A DNA stretch of 64,000 nt, from the NCBI GenBank assembly GCA_024679065.1, contig JAGIQG010000031.1, positions 17,608,001 to 17,672,000 on the forward strand. The letters run 5' to 3'. Below are positions 40,950-53,500 of this stretch, in pieces (positions within the stretch are counted from its first letter, which is position 1; every line of letters begins with the position of its first letter). The notes under the pieces are model-generated. The model had not been told where the DNA came from and ran no database searches. It saw only the letters and a program-made list of their open reading frames with translations. The translations under genes and the position numbers were made by a program. The stretch is from Sphyrna mokarran (lineage: Eukaryota).

Positions 40950-42196
40950 GTAGACGTGTGCGGGCGGACACTGCAGGTGGAGGGCATGCTCAGAACTAAT
41001 GCTCTGCTTTCATATCTTGTGAACGTACCCTACCTCATGTATTTGTTGTCTGAATATTTCAATTCCATTTTAACTGGCTGGGCAGCAAGGAGAAGTTTTG
41101 GGTGATTTTTTTTTTAATGTGAGGACCATCAGAATGAGAAAGGAACTCCCATTACAGGCACTCAATCAAATAGGCATCTGTTTGATTTCAAATAATTTGT
41201 GAATGAGTAATGCTTGAGATCAGCCTTTGAGCTGCTTGGCAAAAGCATATTTTAGCCTAAGTATTAATGTACAATTGGTGCAGTTCTTCTGAATGGTTCA
41301 AGTTGATGACAGTAAACACCTGCTGTATCCAAAGGCACTGACCATAAAGTTAGAACTCGGAAAACCAGCAAGCTGCACTTGCTGTGTGGTATAGCCGAGA
41401 TTGCAATGTCCATTTGCTGCAGTCAGTTTGGTTTACATGTTTTTTAACCTTACTGGTCCTTTAAGTGTCTGTCTTGCTTGATGCAGTCTATTTTGTATGC
41501 CCCTGTCTTGCACAACTGTGCAATGTTTTATGTAGCACAATTGCTGTCGTCTGAAACAAGTCAGGTGTGGGTTTTAAACATGACAAATTGAATTTGGTTT
41601 CCTCAGTTTAGATCATCTCTAATATTTAACAGGCGCGCTAGGCATTGACATATCTTTCTATCTGATCTCTGGGGACTAATCTTCCACTTAATTTTTCGAA
41701 GGGCAATGGTGTGTTGTTCGAGTGAGAGAAAGAATGCTGTAGAATATTTGGATTAACTAGTGTTAATGAGTTTGGAATGCTGCCTGTCCAAATTGTGCCT
41801 GGATATATAAGTCCAGTCAAAAGAGTACTCTTTCATTCCTCTCAGTTGATACGTGCATTATGATGTGCCACCATCACACAAACAGAAGCCTGCCTCTTCC
41901 TTCCCTACTTGAAACCCTTACCTGAATTGAATAATCTAACCTTAACTAGAACACCCATTAAGGTGTTAACATGGACTTGCTCAACCTGACATTTGCCAGC
42001 CTGGGTCCCTGAACCTGACTGATAACCCAGTGATCTTAGCTAGGTCTTCCAGTGTAGACACTGAGTGAAGAGAGTATTGGGCTTGAGCATTATGCAAGAC
42101 TCATTACGCCAGCTGACATTCAGTCTCAGATTTAGATAGTAGTTGTGAATATGCAAGTCTGTGCTAAGGAGGAGAGGTGGTGTTGACAGTATTGTA

Positions 42197-42768
42197 TATC
42201 CTGGGGATAAGAATGTCGTGTCAGTATAGTGTGAGGATAATTTTCTTTTGGGAACTAGTCAAATACTAGATCAGTCAGCTTTTCCAGAATCTGTTAAATG
42301 TCCCTTCAATATCACAGAAGCTTTGCTAGCAATGAGCTTTATGCAGTTAAACACTCAGAGCTAAAGAAATGAAGATTATACTTGAATGTTATTCAAGTGT
42401 AATCTCATTTAAGCAGTGCACTCCTGGATACTACTAACAGTGGGGAGAAAAAGTAGCCTTATATCAGAATTCCCAATTATTGCCAGTACTTGGGGGAAAA
42501 AAATACAAAAATCAAACAGATTTTGTTAAAATAACAATTGTATTTGGCTTGTCTGAGTTTCCACTCAGTTATAAAGACACTGAGGCAGCTGTGTTCGTGA
42601 AACATTCACTCAAAACTATCTCAACATCGTTGCAGAGTAAGATGTTAAGAGCGAAAGAGAGGAATTTTAGAAACAGGAGGGATTAAGTTGATGTGGCGGA
42701 AGTGGAGCTGGGTTTGCATACCCTGGGGATGATATGTAGTGTCAGTATAGTGTGAGGATAATTTTCTT
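42197..42768 (+). repeat. ~50-bp direct repeat pair (42197-42247 and 42718-42768)
   Basis: Identical 30-mer gtgtcagtatagtgtgaggataattttctt, preceded by cctggggat in both copies. Confidence 0.85.
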
Positions 42769-42925
42769 GCCTTGCCAACTGATTTGTTGCTTCGACATGT
42801 CAATGGCTGTACTTGCACTTTTGAAAAGTGAATGCTGCATGCGGAAAGAAAAAACCATATGCATGTGAAAATGGGGCTTGCTTGCTCTGTTTTGTGTGTT
42901 ACAAGGTTATTTCTCCCTCTCGCAG

Positions 42926-42961
42926 TATCTCGTGGCAGTGGGATGAGTTGCATGTGTGGTG
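42926..42961 (+). CDS. Candidate unannotated 36-nt cassette exon (VSRGSGMSCMCG) in the CAMK2B linker
   Basis: Boundaries ttatttctccctctcgcag|...|gtaaaa; phase 1 to 1; no stop codon; three TGCATG motifs nearby. No transcript evidence. Confidence 0.35.
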
Positions 42962-45247
42962 GTAAAATAATATGAAGATAATACAATTCTTTACAGGGTC
43001 ATGTGCTGGAGAGCAGTTAAGCATGAGACCTTCTGAAATGGTTCAACTAAAAAGGTTTAAATAGAAATAACACACTGCTTCAGATTAAAAATGATACTTT
43101 GGTTGAAGGTTCTTTCTTGCATAAGTTTCCAGGGAAACAGTCTAAATTCACTTAGAATTCACACTTCTCCAATTTCCAATCAGAGAATTCAATTGACCTC
43201 TCTCCTTCCTTTTGTTGGTAGGCCACAAGGGCAATCAATATTGACTACGTTTTTTCTAACCCCATCCTTTTTGGAGAAACTATTGGTCTTCTGTGAACAT
43301 ATCCTTTCATCAAACTCCTCATAGAGGTTGCATCTTACAGCCCTTCCCAAATAAACTAATTGCATTCGTTCCACCCTCAATAATCCAGCTTGAATACTCT
43401 CCTCGATCCCTCAGCACAGCACTCTTCATGGGATTCCCCTTTCTATCCCTCAGACCAAATCTCTTCTCCTTTTCCCAACAACCAAATGATAGTGGCATCT
43501 CTGTCTGAAAAGAATGCAACTCAAATCAAGTAAATTAACCTAACCCGGACTCAATAACTCTTCTCCAAAATGAAAGACATCTGTTTGAAAGGAAATGCAA
43601 ATACTTTCCTTCTTCTTCATAGATATTTCTGACTTTGGAGCATGGTTGTGATACAGTTTGTTTGATTTGGTCTTGGACACTGCTTTTCAGAGCTATGCAC
43701 CAGAGGCATCTCCATTCGGGCCATGTTTGCTCAGAAGATTCATTCCTTCTGAGAACTGCCAGGGTCGTAAGCTTTCCTTGCTTTATGCATAGTGGCCATG
43801 GGCAATTGTAAATAGGATTGATGTAATGTTTCAACTGCTTTCAAAGTCGTGCTGCAGAAAGATAGGCACAATCATGGGAACGTGGAGACCTGAGACCCAT
43901 TGAACCACAAGGAACTGTTGAAAACTGGCCACTATGTGATTTAATTTCTTGTCTTTCTCTTTTGAATCATCTATCTCCTTGACTCCACCTCTACTTATTG
44001 CAAGGTAAGCAGTAATGTGATTAGGGCTTCACTGCCATTCCAACAAGCTCCGTACTTAACTCTGCTAATGTTGGTTTGTTTTTGACCTAACCTCTTCGTT
44101 TTTTTTTTCTCTTTTGCTGTTTTCACCCCAGTTTAGCCACAGTCATGCCTGAACAGATGTGTAGATTGGCAGCAATACATTATGTAAGATACAATATTGG
44201 GTTTAGTTGGAGTTTTTAAAGCTTTCTAAAAATATGGATATTTTTCTCCATGTGGATGGAGATTTATATGATGGTGACACTGAAACCATCCTTTATTTTG
44301 GTTTGCATGGTTTGAAATTGTCAAGGTGACATTTGGAAAACTTTCCACTATGATGACTAAATTTGTGTATATCAGTGCCTGGGGTTACATTAGGGTTCAC
44401 ATTACAACTGGGACTTGCAGATTAATTTCTTTTAAAACAATGAAATCAATCATAGATTTATGGCAGCTTAAGTGACACGATAAGATGGCACCAGAATTCA
44501 CATCTGGTTTTGAAGAAAAACTGAAGATTTAAATTTTGGAATTCTGAATGTCCTCAATGCCTCCATTTTATCACCAATTAATTTCCTAGTTTGCGAGAAC
44601 TGTACCAAATCAGGCATGAAGATTGTAGCATTTCCTTTACAGGCTTACATTTGTGTTGGATTTTGTATTGACTTAAGTGTCCAATGGATAGTTGGCCTTT
44701 CATTTTGATTGTGGAGACCACTGGGCACATTGTTCCTGGCTGTCATTCCTCCAAATTCCCAATCTTTCATTTTTTAGCAGCAACACTAGAAGGCTTCTTG
44801 AGAAAGTGTGTGTGATTCGGGCTCATTCCTGAGGTTTTGGAACAGCAAATTCTGGGACCAATTTCAGGGTAGAGTGCTGGAGTTTGCAGTTGATGTTAAG
44901 ATAATAGCAGTGAGCAGCAATTGTGGAATGCAGACTCTGAAAAAATTTCAGCTGGGATTTGCAAAAAGTTTTTTTTTCATGTGTGCTTTTTATATAAGGC
45001 AATGAACAACTCCAAAACTGCAATAAGCAAAAATGACTAGTTCAAAATTATTTTTTAAATTTCATCTTCTGAATGTGAGCAAGGTTGGCATTTATTGCCA
45101 CCCTTAATTGTCCTTAAGGTGGTGGTGAGTTATCTTCTTGAGGCATTGTTAGTGGTCTCCGACTGTGGTGTTTGGCTGGAAGATTGTTTGGCATACACTC
45201 TTTTTACTTACTGATATATCAGTTGCCCACATGTATAAAACAATTGA

Positions 45248-45545
45248 ACCATTAGAACCCCTACAGTGCTGAAGGTTATTTGGCCCATGAAGTCTGCATC
45301 AATTCTCTGAAAGAGCAACTTACCCAGGCCCACCCTCTTGCCCTATCCCAGTAACTCCATTCGTTTTACCATGGCTAATTCATCTAATCTACACATCTTT
45401 GGAGTGTGGAAGGAAATCTGCAGGAAACCCACACAGACATGATGAGAACATGCAAACTCCATGTAGTCAGTCACCCAAGGGCAGAATTGAACCAGGTGCC
45501 TGGTGCTTTGAGGCCGCAGCACTAATCAATGTGCTATTTGCCATT
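45248..45545 (-). mobile_element. HE1-like V-SINE with CR1-type tail
   Basis: tgtggaaggaaa...gaaacccacacagac...tgcaaactcca...cacccaagg...aattgaacc. Confidence 0.75.
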
Positions 45546-46381
45546 CTTTACAATTAATTAATTTAATTAGTTATTAAATTGACTACATAACCTATCGGTG
45601 GTTCGGATTGAGCCACAAAAGATATATCATTTCACAGGTAAGTGTACAAGAATTTTACAAGGGAATGGATTAGAATCTTTGGGTAAAACCACAACGGTAT
45701 TGCAGATGATTTACAGTAATGCTATTTCTCTTGGTACGCTTCTGATGCATCTAATCCAAATTTTTATTCCACGATTTACTTTTTCTTTTGAGGGATTGAA
45801 GTTACTGGTAACACAGTTGAAAAATTAAATTGTGACACAACATTTGGGATTGCCTTGAACAACCTCTTATTTGAATATGGTAGATTAATGTAAATATTGA
45901 TGACATGATGGAGCCCGACCACGTGGGTAAAGCAAACATTGCAACCCCTTTAACAGAATATCTTTAAAGATCTTCCCTTGAACTGTGAGCTCATAGTTTA
46001 TGATATGTGACTTGTTAATTCCCCCAAGCCAATTCTTTAGAGAATGGGGGAGGAATTCTCTCAATGCGCAAGTACACCAGAGGCAGGCAGGCAGCTGGGA
46101 TTTTTGTAGAGGGGCTCATGAGTTTACGCTGATGTGCACAGTCACAGTTAGGCAAATGTTGGACCTGTGTATGCAACAGGAAGAACAAGGGAGTCAAAGA
46201 CCCTGTTTGTCGCTCAATGTTATTGAGCATCTGAGCTGGTTTATTTGTACTTGGACAGGGTGTTATGTTTGCAATATTTATAGCACAATTGAAAACAGAT
46301 ACAATATAATCCTGACAGGAAAGTCATGGCAAGTTCAGATATAAATGTAATTTTCTTTTCTTTTCCATTTTCAAAATACAG

Positions 46382-46422
46382 CAGCCAAAAGTTTATTAAA
46401 CAAGAAGGCCGATGGAGTCAAG
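46382..46422 (+). CDS. CAMK2B: CAMK2B exon 14 (41 or 38 nt, NAGNAG acceptor): (A)AKSLLNKKADGVK
   Basis: Boundaries aaatacag|cag|CCAAAAGT...GTCAAG|gtaggt. Confidence 0.95.
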
Positions 46423-48979
46423 GTAGGTTTTCAGCTCAACCTCTGTCTTTCCTTTCTCTTCACAGTCGGTTGGTCGATCCTTATTTGCTTAATTTTTATA
46501 TTTTTAGTTTGCATTTTCTGGCTTCTGTTAGTGCCTGCTATCACAGTTGAACAATACAAAAGGCGCTTTCAAAATAAAAAGCAAGCAATTATGCAAGATA
46601 TTCAAAAGTACTAAATGAACTGCAAATTAGTAGTCCAGCTACAAAATGGGCGACTGCATTGATTCAACATATAAATATATTGTATACCTCTGGATAAGGC
46701 ATTTAGCTGCATTTGACCCAAGGGAAACTGAATGGGCAAGCTTCAAACCAAAGGTTTAACTTCACAAAATCTTTGGCATTTATTCAGTAGAAAAGACGAT
46801 GTAAAAAAAGATTAATTATTGCTCCATTGTGACTTCCCTCCCAACACGTTCTTCTTCCCCACATCCTATAATCACACAAACAATGTTATGCATCCAGGGC
46901 TGAGGTGATGCATGTAGTGTGATTAATATCAGAGTACACTTCAGCAGTGATCAATGAGGTAATGTTATGCGTGGCTACAGTCACAATACAAACCAGTTTC
47001 ACACATTGTGGGAGTTCAAATCAGTTAGAAATCACTTAAGATCAATGTTAAAAAAAATCTTTCCATTACAGTTCTTTATAAGCCAGTATTGTTGGTTTTT
47101 CAGTTGATTTCCTTTGAAAAATGATGCAAACTGTATAGTAAAGGCCAAAATAACCTTGCCTTCAGATGAAGTTCAGAGGCAGTAAGTTAAGTTCTATTTT
47201 GTTTTCTCATTCCTCTTGTGCTATCCCGTCTTATCATCCTTCAGTTTAGGTGTGCACTCTTAGTGGAAGTTGGTGGGCATTGAACAGAGGGAAAAATGGT
47301 GAGATAAACATTAGTGATGTTTTTCCCTTCCCTGATGTTTTGAAATGCCCAACCAAAACCAGCAGATGTTGTGGGAAAAATATTCAGACGAGTAGCCGGG
47401 GCTTGAACTTGAGTATTTGCTGTGAAGCCAAATGCTCTTGTCTCTGCAACTTATGTACCTGCTCGGACAAGCACATGGTAAGGTTACCATTAAGTAATCA
47501 TATTGGACAACCAGCAGAGACTGGTTGTACCATCTGCCTCGTCACAGACAACTGGGCAATTCAAGTGAAATGAATAATTAGTTCCTGATATCACAGCTCA
47601 GACGTTTTTTAGTATCACTTAAATGAAAAATTAAGCTAAAATGGGAAATGTTTCAGCTTTTTATAATGTGACATTCTTTCCATGAACAAAACAAGTTATA
47701 ATCTTACAGTTTATCCAGATGACTAGACCTTGTGTCAACAGTGTGCAATCCACTATTGACTGGGAAAAGGAATCCATATTACACAACTTGTAAGGTGTAA
47801 GTCTGCAAGGTGTGCTGTTTTAAACCTGTTCTAAAAACAGATTTTGTTTAAAGACTTAAGAATATCTATTCGGCCTGTCAGTATTTAAAATGGTTGACAT
47901 AGCCCATAATTGAATAAAAGCTTTAACCAAGTGCTTCTGTCAGAAAGGCTACCATTTTTACTTTTACTGTTGCTGTAGTCTACCAAGCATTTCCACTTTT
48001 TAATTCTGTTTCCAGATTTCTTTTGATCCTAATTTGTCAATTACGAATAAGCATCAGTATGTGGTTTTGCAGACAATTACAAAGCAGCAGCTGAAAAGAG
48101 CAGTCTATTGACATGGTTGCTCATTATCAGCAGATTGTTGAATAAGTTTGGGCAGTCGTGATGAGGATGATCTGTAATAGTTCAGGGCTTGGAGATTTAA
48201 TGAATTACTTACTGTTATATAATTGGATCAGTAGTTTAACAAGCTCAGTCACCTTTTTTGCCCCAAGCACACGATCTGCCTCCCATCTTGAGCATAGTTC
48301 AGTGGTAAAATGACCAGCAGATATCCCCTGTATTGGCACTAAGTGTAGAGATGCAAGTGTAATGGCAGAAGGAAAGGATGGTTTTGATTTATTGGGTGAT
48401 GTCTGTACATTTTGTAGTGTAACTGGCAGACAGTACAATGTCCACAATATGTGACCAAAGCTACTGATCGGATGAGGAAGAATTGGGAAACGGATGTAAT
48501 CTTGTGCGATATTTCTGATCATTTGCTTCAAAATGCTCTGGAGTGAAATTTCTTCCTTGAAAAATGTTCATGAAAATCTTGGCCAAAAACAAAATTCAAC
48601 GTGAAGAATTTTACCCCTACTTATTTCAGTCATCTGTTTCTCCAGTAAGAGAAGTACCGTGCATGTTAGAAACAGCCTCCGCCTGGGACTGAGTTGTGCA
48701 TTCTTGAAAAGTTCTAATCTTGAACAAAGCACTACAAAGTGGCCACTGAATGAAAAAAATGGGGCTGTATGGGCAGCTTGTTGCAATCACAGAAGAGTGC
48801 AGGGTTTTTTTCTTAAACCAACAAAGAGAGTGCATTCAAGGAACTTCTTTCTCAAACATCTGTTTCGTCTAGCTTAAACATTAGTAATTAATGCTTCGAT
48901 GTATTAGAAATATTCATTGATTTAAATGTTAAAAAATGCAAAATTTAACAGCAGAACTAATATGCAACCAATTTATAGG

Positions 48980-49345
48980 GCACGGTCACACAGTGGTTAT
49001 GCTATTGGATGAGTAATCCTGAGGTCTGGACTAATAATTCAGATGTATCAGTTCAAATCCCACCACAGCATCTGGGAAACTTCAGTCAGTAAATAAATGT
49101 GGAATTTAAATGCTTGCAGCAGTAATGGTTACCATAAAACTATTACGCAATTCACAGTATTAGCCTGTATGTGACTTTTATACACAACAACGTGGCTGAC
49201 TTCTAGCTGCACTGAGTTAGCTGAGCAAATCACTCAGTTCTGTGCAAGATGATGGCTCACACCACTACTATTTTGAGGACAATTTGAGATGTGCCACAAG
49301 TACTGGCCCGGTATCAATGCCCACATGTTGTTGAATGAACAAAAC
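48980..49345 (+). mobile_element. tRNA-derived SINE with L2-type tail
   Basis: cagtggttatgctattggatgagtaatcctgagg...gttcaaatcccacc...atgcccacatg...gaatgaa. Confidence 0.55.
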
Positions 49346-49867
49346 AGTTGTGTTATTTAAAAAAATTCAAATTATAAATGTATTCAGCAACAGAAAAAAA
49401 TTAGGTTTCATAAATGTAATGCCATTAAAGCGAGCCAAATGCCCAATCTGAGAAAGTAAAGATGAATAGCTGTTAAAATCTGAGCAGTTGGTTTGTAGTG
49501 TGCTTTAATTTTTAATATTCTAATGATAAAGACTCTGAAAATGTACCAGTCAGGCAATTTGTCCATTAATTCCTCAAGAAACAGCTTCCCACCCTCCCTA
49601 TTAAGATGATAGTGATTGACCAAGGACGTTGCATAAGTGTCTTAGAAGATGAATTGTTTTAACTTAATTTATTAATTGTTGGCATCCCTCAGTTCCAGCA
49701 GTGTCAGAATAAAATGGAATATTTCATGAGTGGCAGTTTTAAATTTTACAAATGAAGGAACCATTTGCACTGATTGCAGACCATAAAACCAACCAGTTTG
49801 ATCCTCATTGGAATCAAGAAAGGCCTAGCTACATATATGCAATCTTTGTGCATTTGGGTGTATAGTG

Positions 49868-50525
49868 TATAAGTTCATAAGATATAGAAGCAGAATTAGG
49901 CCATTCAGCCCATTGGGTCTGCTTCACCATTCGATCATGGCTGATATGCTCCTCAAACCCATTTTCCTGCCTTATCTCCATAGCCCTTAAATCCTTTACC
50001 AATTAATAAATCTGTCAAACTCCCCAAGTTTACTCTCAGTCTTTGGGACAGCAAACTCCATAGATTCACAACACTTTGGGAGAAATAGTTTCTTCTCCGC
50101 TCTATTTTAAATTTGCTCCCCCAAATCCTAAAACTATGACCTCTTGCCATAGAATGCCCCACAAGAGGAAACATCTGCTCCACATCTATCCATAGCTATT
50201 ATCATCTTGTATACCTCAGTTTGATCTGCTTCGTTCTTCTAAATTCCAGACAGCATAGGCCTAAACTGTTCAATCTCTCTTCATACCACAAACCTTCATC
50301 TCTGGAATCAAACCGAGTTTGATTTTCAACCACCTCCAATGCCGCTACATCTTTCCTAAAATAAGAGGACCAAAAATGTGCACAATACTCCAGGTACAGC
50401 CTCCCTAATGTCTTGTGTGGTTGCAACACAACTTGTTACCTTTATATTCCATTCCTTTAGCTATAAATGCCAATATTCCATTTGCAATCTTTATTATCTG
50501 CTATACCTGCATGCTAGTTTTATGT
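49868..50525 (-). mobile_element. CR1 3' fragment
   Basis: ORFs 49953 and 50202 (LEYCAHFWSSYFRKDV; RRNYFSQSVVNLWS); tail cataagatatagaagcagaattaggcc. Confidence 0.88.
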
Positions 50526-53500
50526 AGAAAGATCATTGCTCTTTGAGGAAGGAAACTTAGACCTTAAACTTGGTATGGTTGAGTGAGCACTTGATTGCAT
50601 TCAATGCGGCGGCTTGTTACCACCTTCTCAAAGGGGATTACAGATGGCAGTCAATTCTGGCCTTGTCAGCAATGCCCACATCCCATTAATGAATAAAGCA
50701 AAAATTAAAATTGTCTTTCAGATTTGTAGTAATGATGTTGAACTATATTCATATAGAAGATGACACTCAGATCCTTACGCTGCCGTGAAGACATGAACTA
50801 CACATGGTCAAACCAAGTAACTGATTTTTGACTTGAAATAGCCTCCTGGACATTTTATGACATGTCTGATGATGGCTAGTTTAGATGAGGGCAAGTGACA
50901 TTCATAGCAGATTTGAGATATGTCCGTGAATGGTAAATAATTGTAAGTCTTATTATTGTTTATACTTGTCCACTGTTTTGATGGCCAGTAGGATTTTTTT
51001 AGTCATTTAATTTTGCCAGAAGTATAACAAGTTGTCATATTTCCCTCCCATAATACTATAGTACTATTACTGCATGACAAGAAATGCTGATAATGGAAGG
51101 TCTAATTTGATGACTAAACTGCCAAGTGAAGAGAAACAGATATTAGCAGTCAGGTTGATGTGATGTGTCTCACGGCCTGTGACTCATATCCACAATTCCA
51201 CTCTGGATTGTCCCTCACCTTCCATTTGTGAAGTGGGTGGCACACTGTCCTTGTATGATGCTGACTGACTTGAGTGCTGTCCATTGACTATGAGCAAGAT
51301 GAACTTGTGTACCACTGCTGTTGGGCCTGTGGTAAGGTTTTGACTCTTTATTCTGCATGCATTCCACAATTCTGTCCAATTGGGTAGGTTAACGACAAAC
51401 CACAGGATAAATGTTAGCTGCTGTTTTCCCAAAGAGCCTGTGCCATTTTGAGTGTTTTCAAGTCGATTTTTATATTTTCATCAAATGGCAGGCCGGTGTT
51501 ATTTGTGCTCTTTTATGTACACAATGATGTTGCAAATAAGTTGGTGTAACACAGCTTTGGAAGCTGCTCAGCAATTCTGATACTCTCCAGATGACCCTGT
51601 TTGTTTGCATGTCCAGCATCTTTGTATGCATAGCTGTAGTACTGTGAGGCAAAGCACTCTTAAGCAACACAGTAGACAAGGGCCAGCATTACAGTCTGTG
51701 TTCTGGCTGTGCTCTCCAATCACATTCCAGCAAGTTTTCAAACCAAGCTCACTCTGGTTTATACTTTCTGGTCTGTATTGATGAGATGAAGTTGACAGAT
51801 GAGAGTGAAAGCATAAAATCATTGCAATCCATTTAATTTTAAAATTGCAATTTGGTTTGAAGATCATCTACAGATCAGGAATTGCTGTTTGGATGGAAAA
51901 AGCAAGAATTATAACATTAATTGACACTTTCTGAAGGGTAGAAGAAGAAAAATACCTGTCAGATATGAACAAGCATGAACTTGTTTGTCTCCATATTGTT
52001 GGATAGGTTATATGAAATGAAGGGATAGATCATCCCATGTGGAGGATCGGTTGATATGACAGTATAGATTATAGCTGCTGCTACTGTAACCAAGAAAATG
52101 GGCATTACTATTCAAGTAGAAGTACAGATCCATTACGATTTTTCTTCCCAAAGTCTCTTCAAAGATTATTTCTGGGAGGGAGACAGAGGAGATTGGAAAG
52201 TTATTATTCTATTGCCCTCGTTAGAAAGAAAGTATTTGACTGGTGCTTCCGCGGGCATGAATGGTCCTCTGGTCACTCCTTCATGCATCTATTTATTCCT
52301 AAACCATGCCCTGTCTTTACCAAGTAATGATAATGATCAGAAGTATAAGATCTGGCTGATTGAGGCAGTTTTTAAAGATCCTAACTGCAATCAGCCAACT
52401 CAAACTAGGATAGCAGATGGAAACTAGGAGCTGCCTGCTCTGAATGACTCAGTATTACATCAGTCCAAGCCATGCAGTTTATTGTAAACTGTGTTTCACA
52501 TATCTGCTATGAAATGATTGCAAATGATGTGTTTGCCAAAATCTTCTCATACCATATGCAATTCTCTAACTAAATTGCATTGTTGGCAAACAATTTCTGA
52601 GTTAGAAGTGGAGAGAAGTCAGGATGATATAGTGGCCTGAATCTTTTGACCTGCTTGCTGCGGCAGTTGTCGCAAGTGGGATGGAGAATCTGACGGACAA
52701 GCAAAAAGTCTGTTGAATTTCTATGCCATGGGTGAGCAGGACCAGGAAACCTTTTAGAAGGTGTGTCTTTGCAAAGCAATTATGTGCATTGTAGCCTTCA
52801 CAGTGTCGGGAGTTAAGATTTTTATTTTATTCACAGATTTTTGATACATGAAGCATTGTATTTCTTCTAACATGTTGTATGTTTCAGGTTTTCACTGCAA
52901 AATATTAATTTTATTGTGATTCTTAATGCTGAGCAGTCAACTACTTATTTCTGCTTGGCAAATGACGGTACACCTCAATGCATCTACAATGCATTTATTG
53001 GACCTCCCATGTTCCAGTTGCATTCTGTGCCTTCTTTAAACTATTTGGAATAAATTTGTGCCTTTGTAATGCCCATTGGATAACAGTAAACATGGTTAAG
53101 CTAGCATTACTTTTGGTTACTTCTTAACCTTTATATACAAATGCCACACTCAACACTAAATGGCGAATACTCCAACTTAATCATGAAATAAGTGCAGTAA
53201 CGGTGTTGTGAAGGAGACTGTACTCTGTTGCCTCAAAACGGTCTTTTAATTGATACTTTCTTTCTCAAAAAGCAGGAATGGTTTAAAATCATTTGCATAT
53301 GTTCAATGAGTATTTTTCCAGAATATCTGTTTCTAGGGATTAATCCACTTGGTGTTTTGTATTTGTTTGATCTTTATCCCTATGTCAGTTGAACATGATT
53401 TAGTCTTTCTCTCAATTTGACTTCACTTTCTTCAGTGCATCTTTGTTTAAATATGATATATTTGTGACTGAGCTGTGCCAGAGCAGCCTAGTCTTGTTCC

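Noticed and set aside
45631-45643. Perfect donor CAG|GTAAGT upstream of exon 14
   Set aside because: There is no credible upstream acceptor or ATG in frame (stop at 45580). One such 9-mer in 64 kb is plausible by chance.
47190-47256. Pyrimidine tract plus CAG-TTTAG-GTGTGC as a microexon
   Set aside because: A 5-nt exon would break the frame and the donor is poor.
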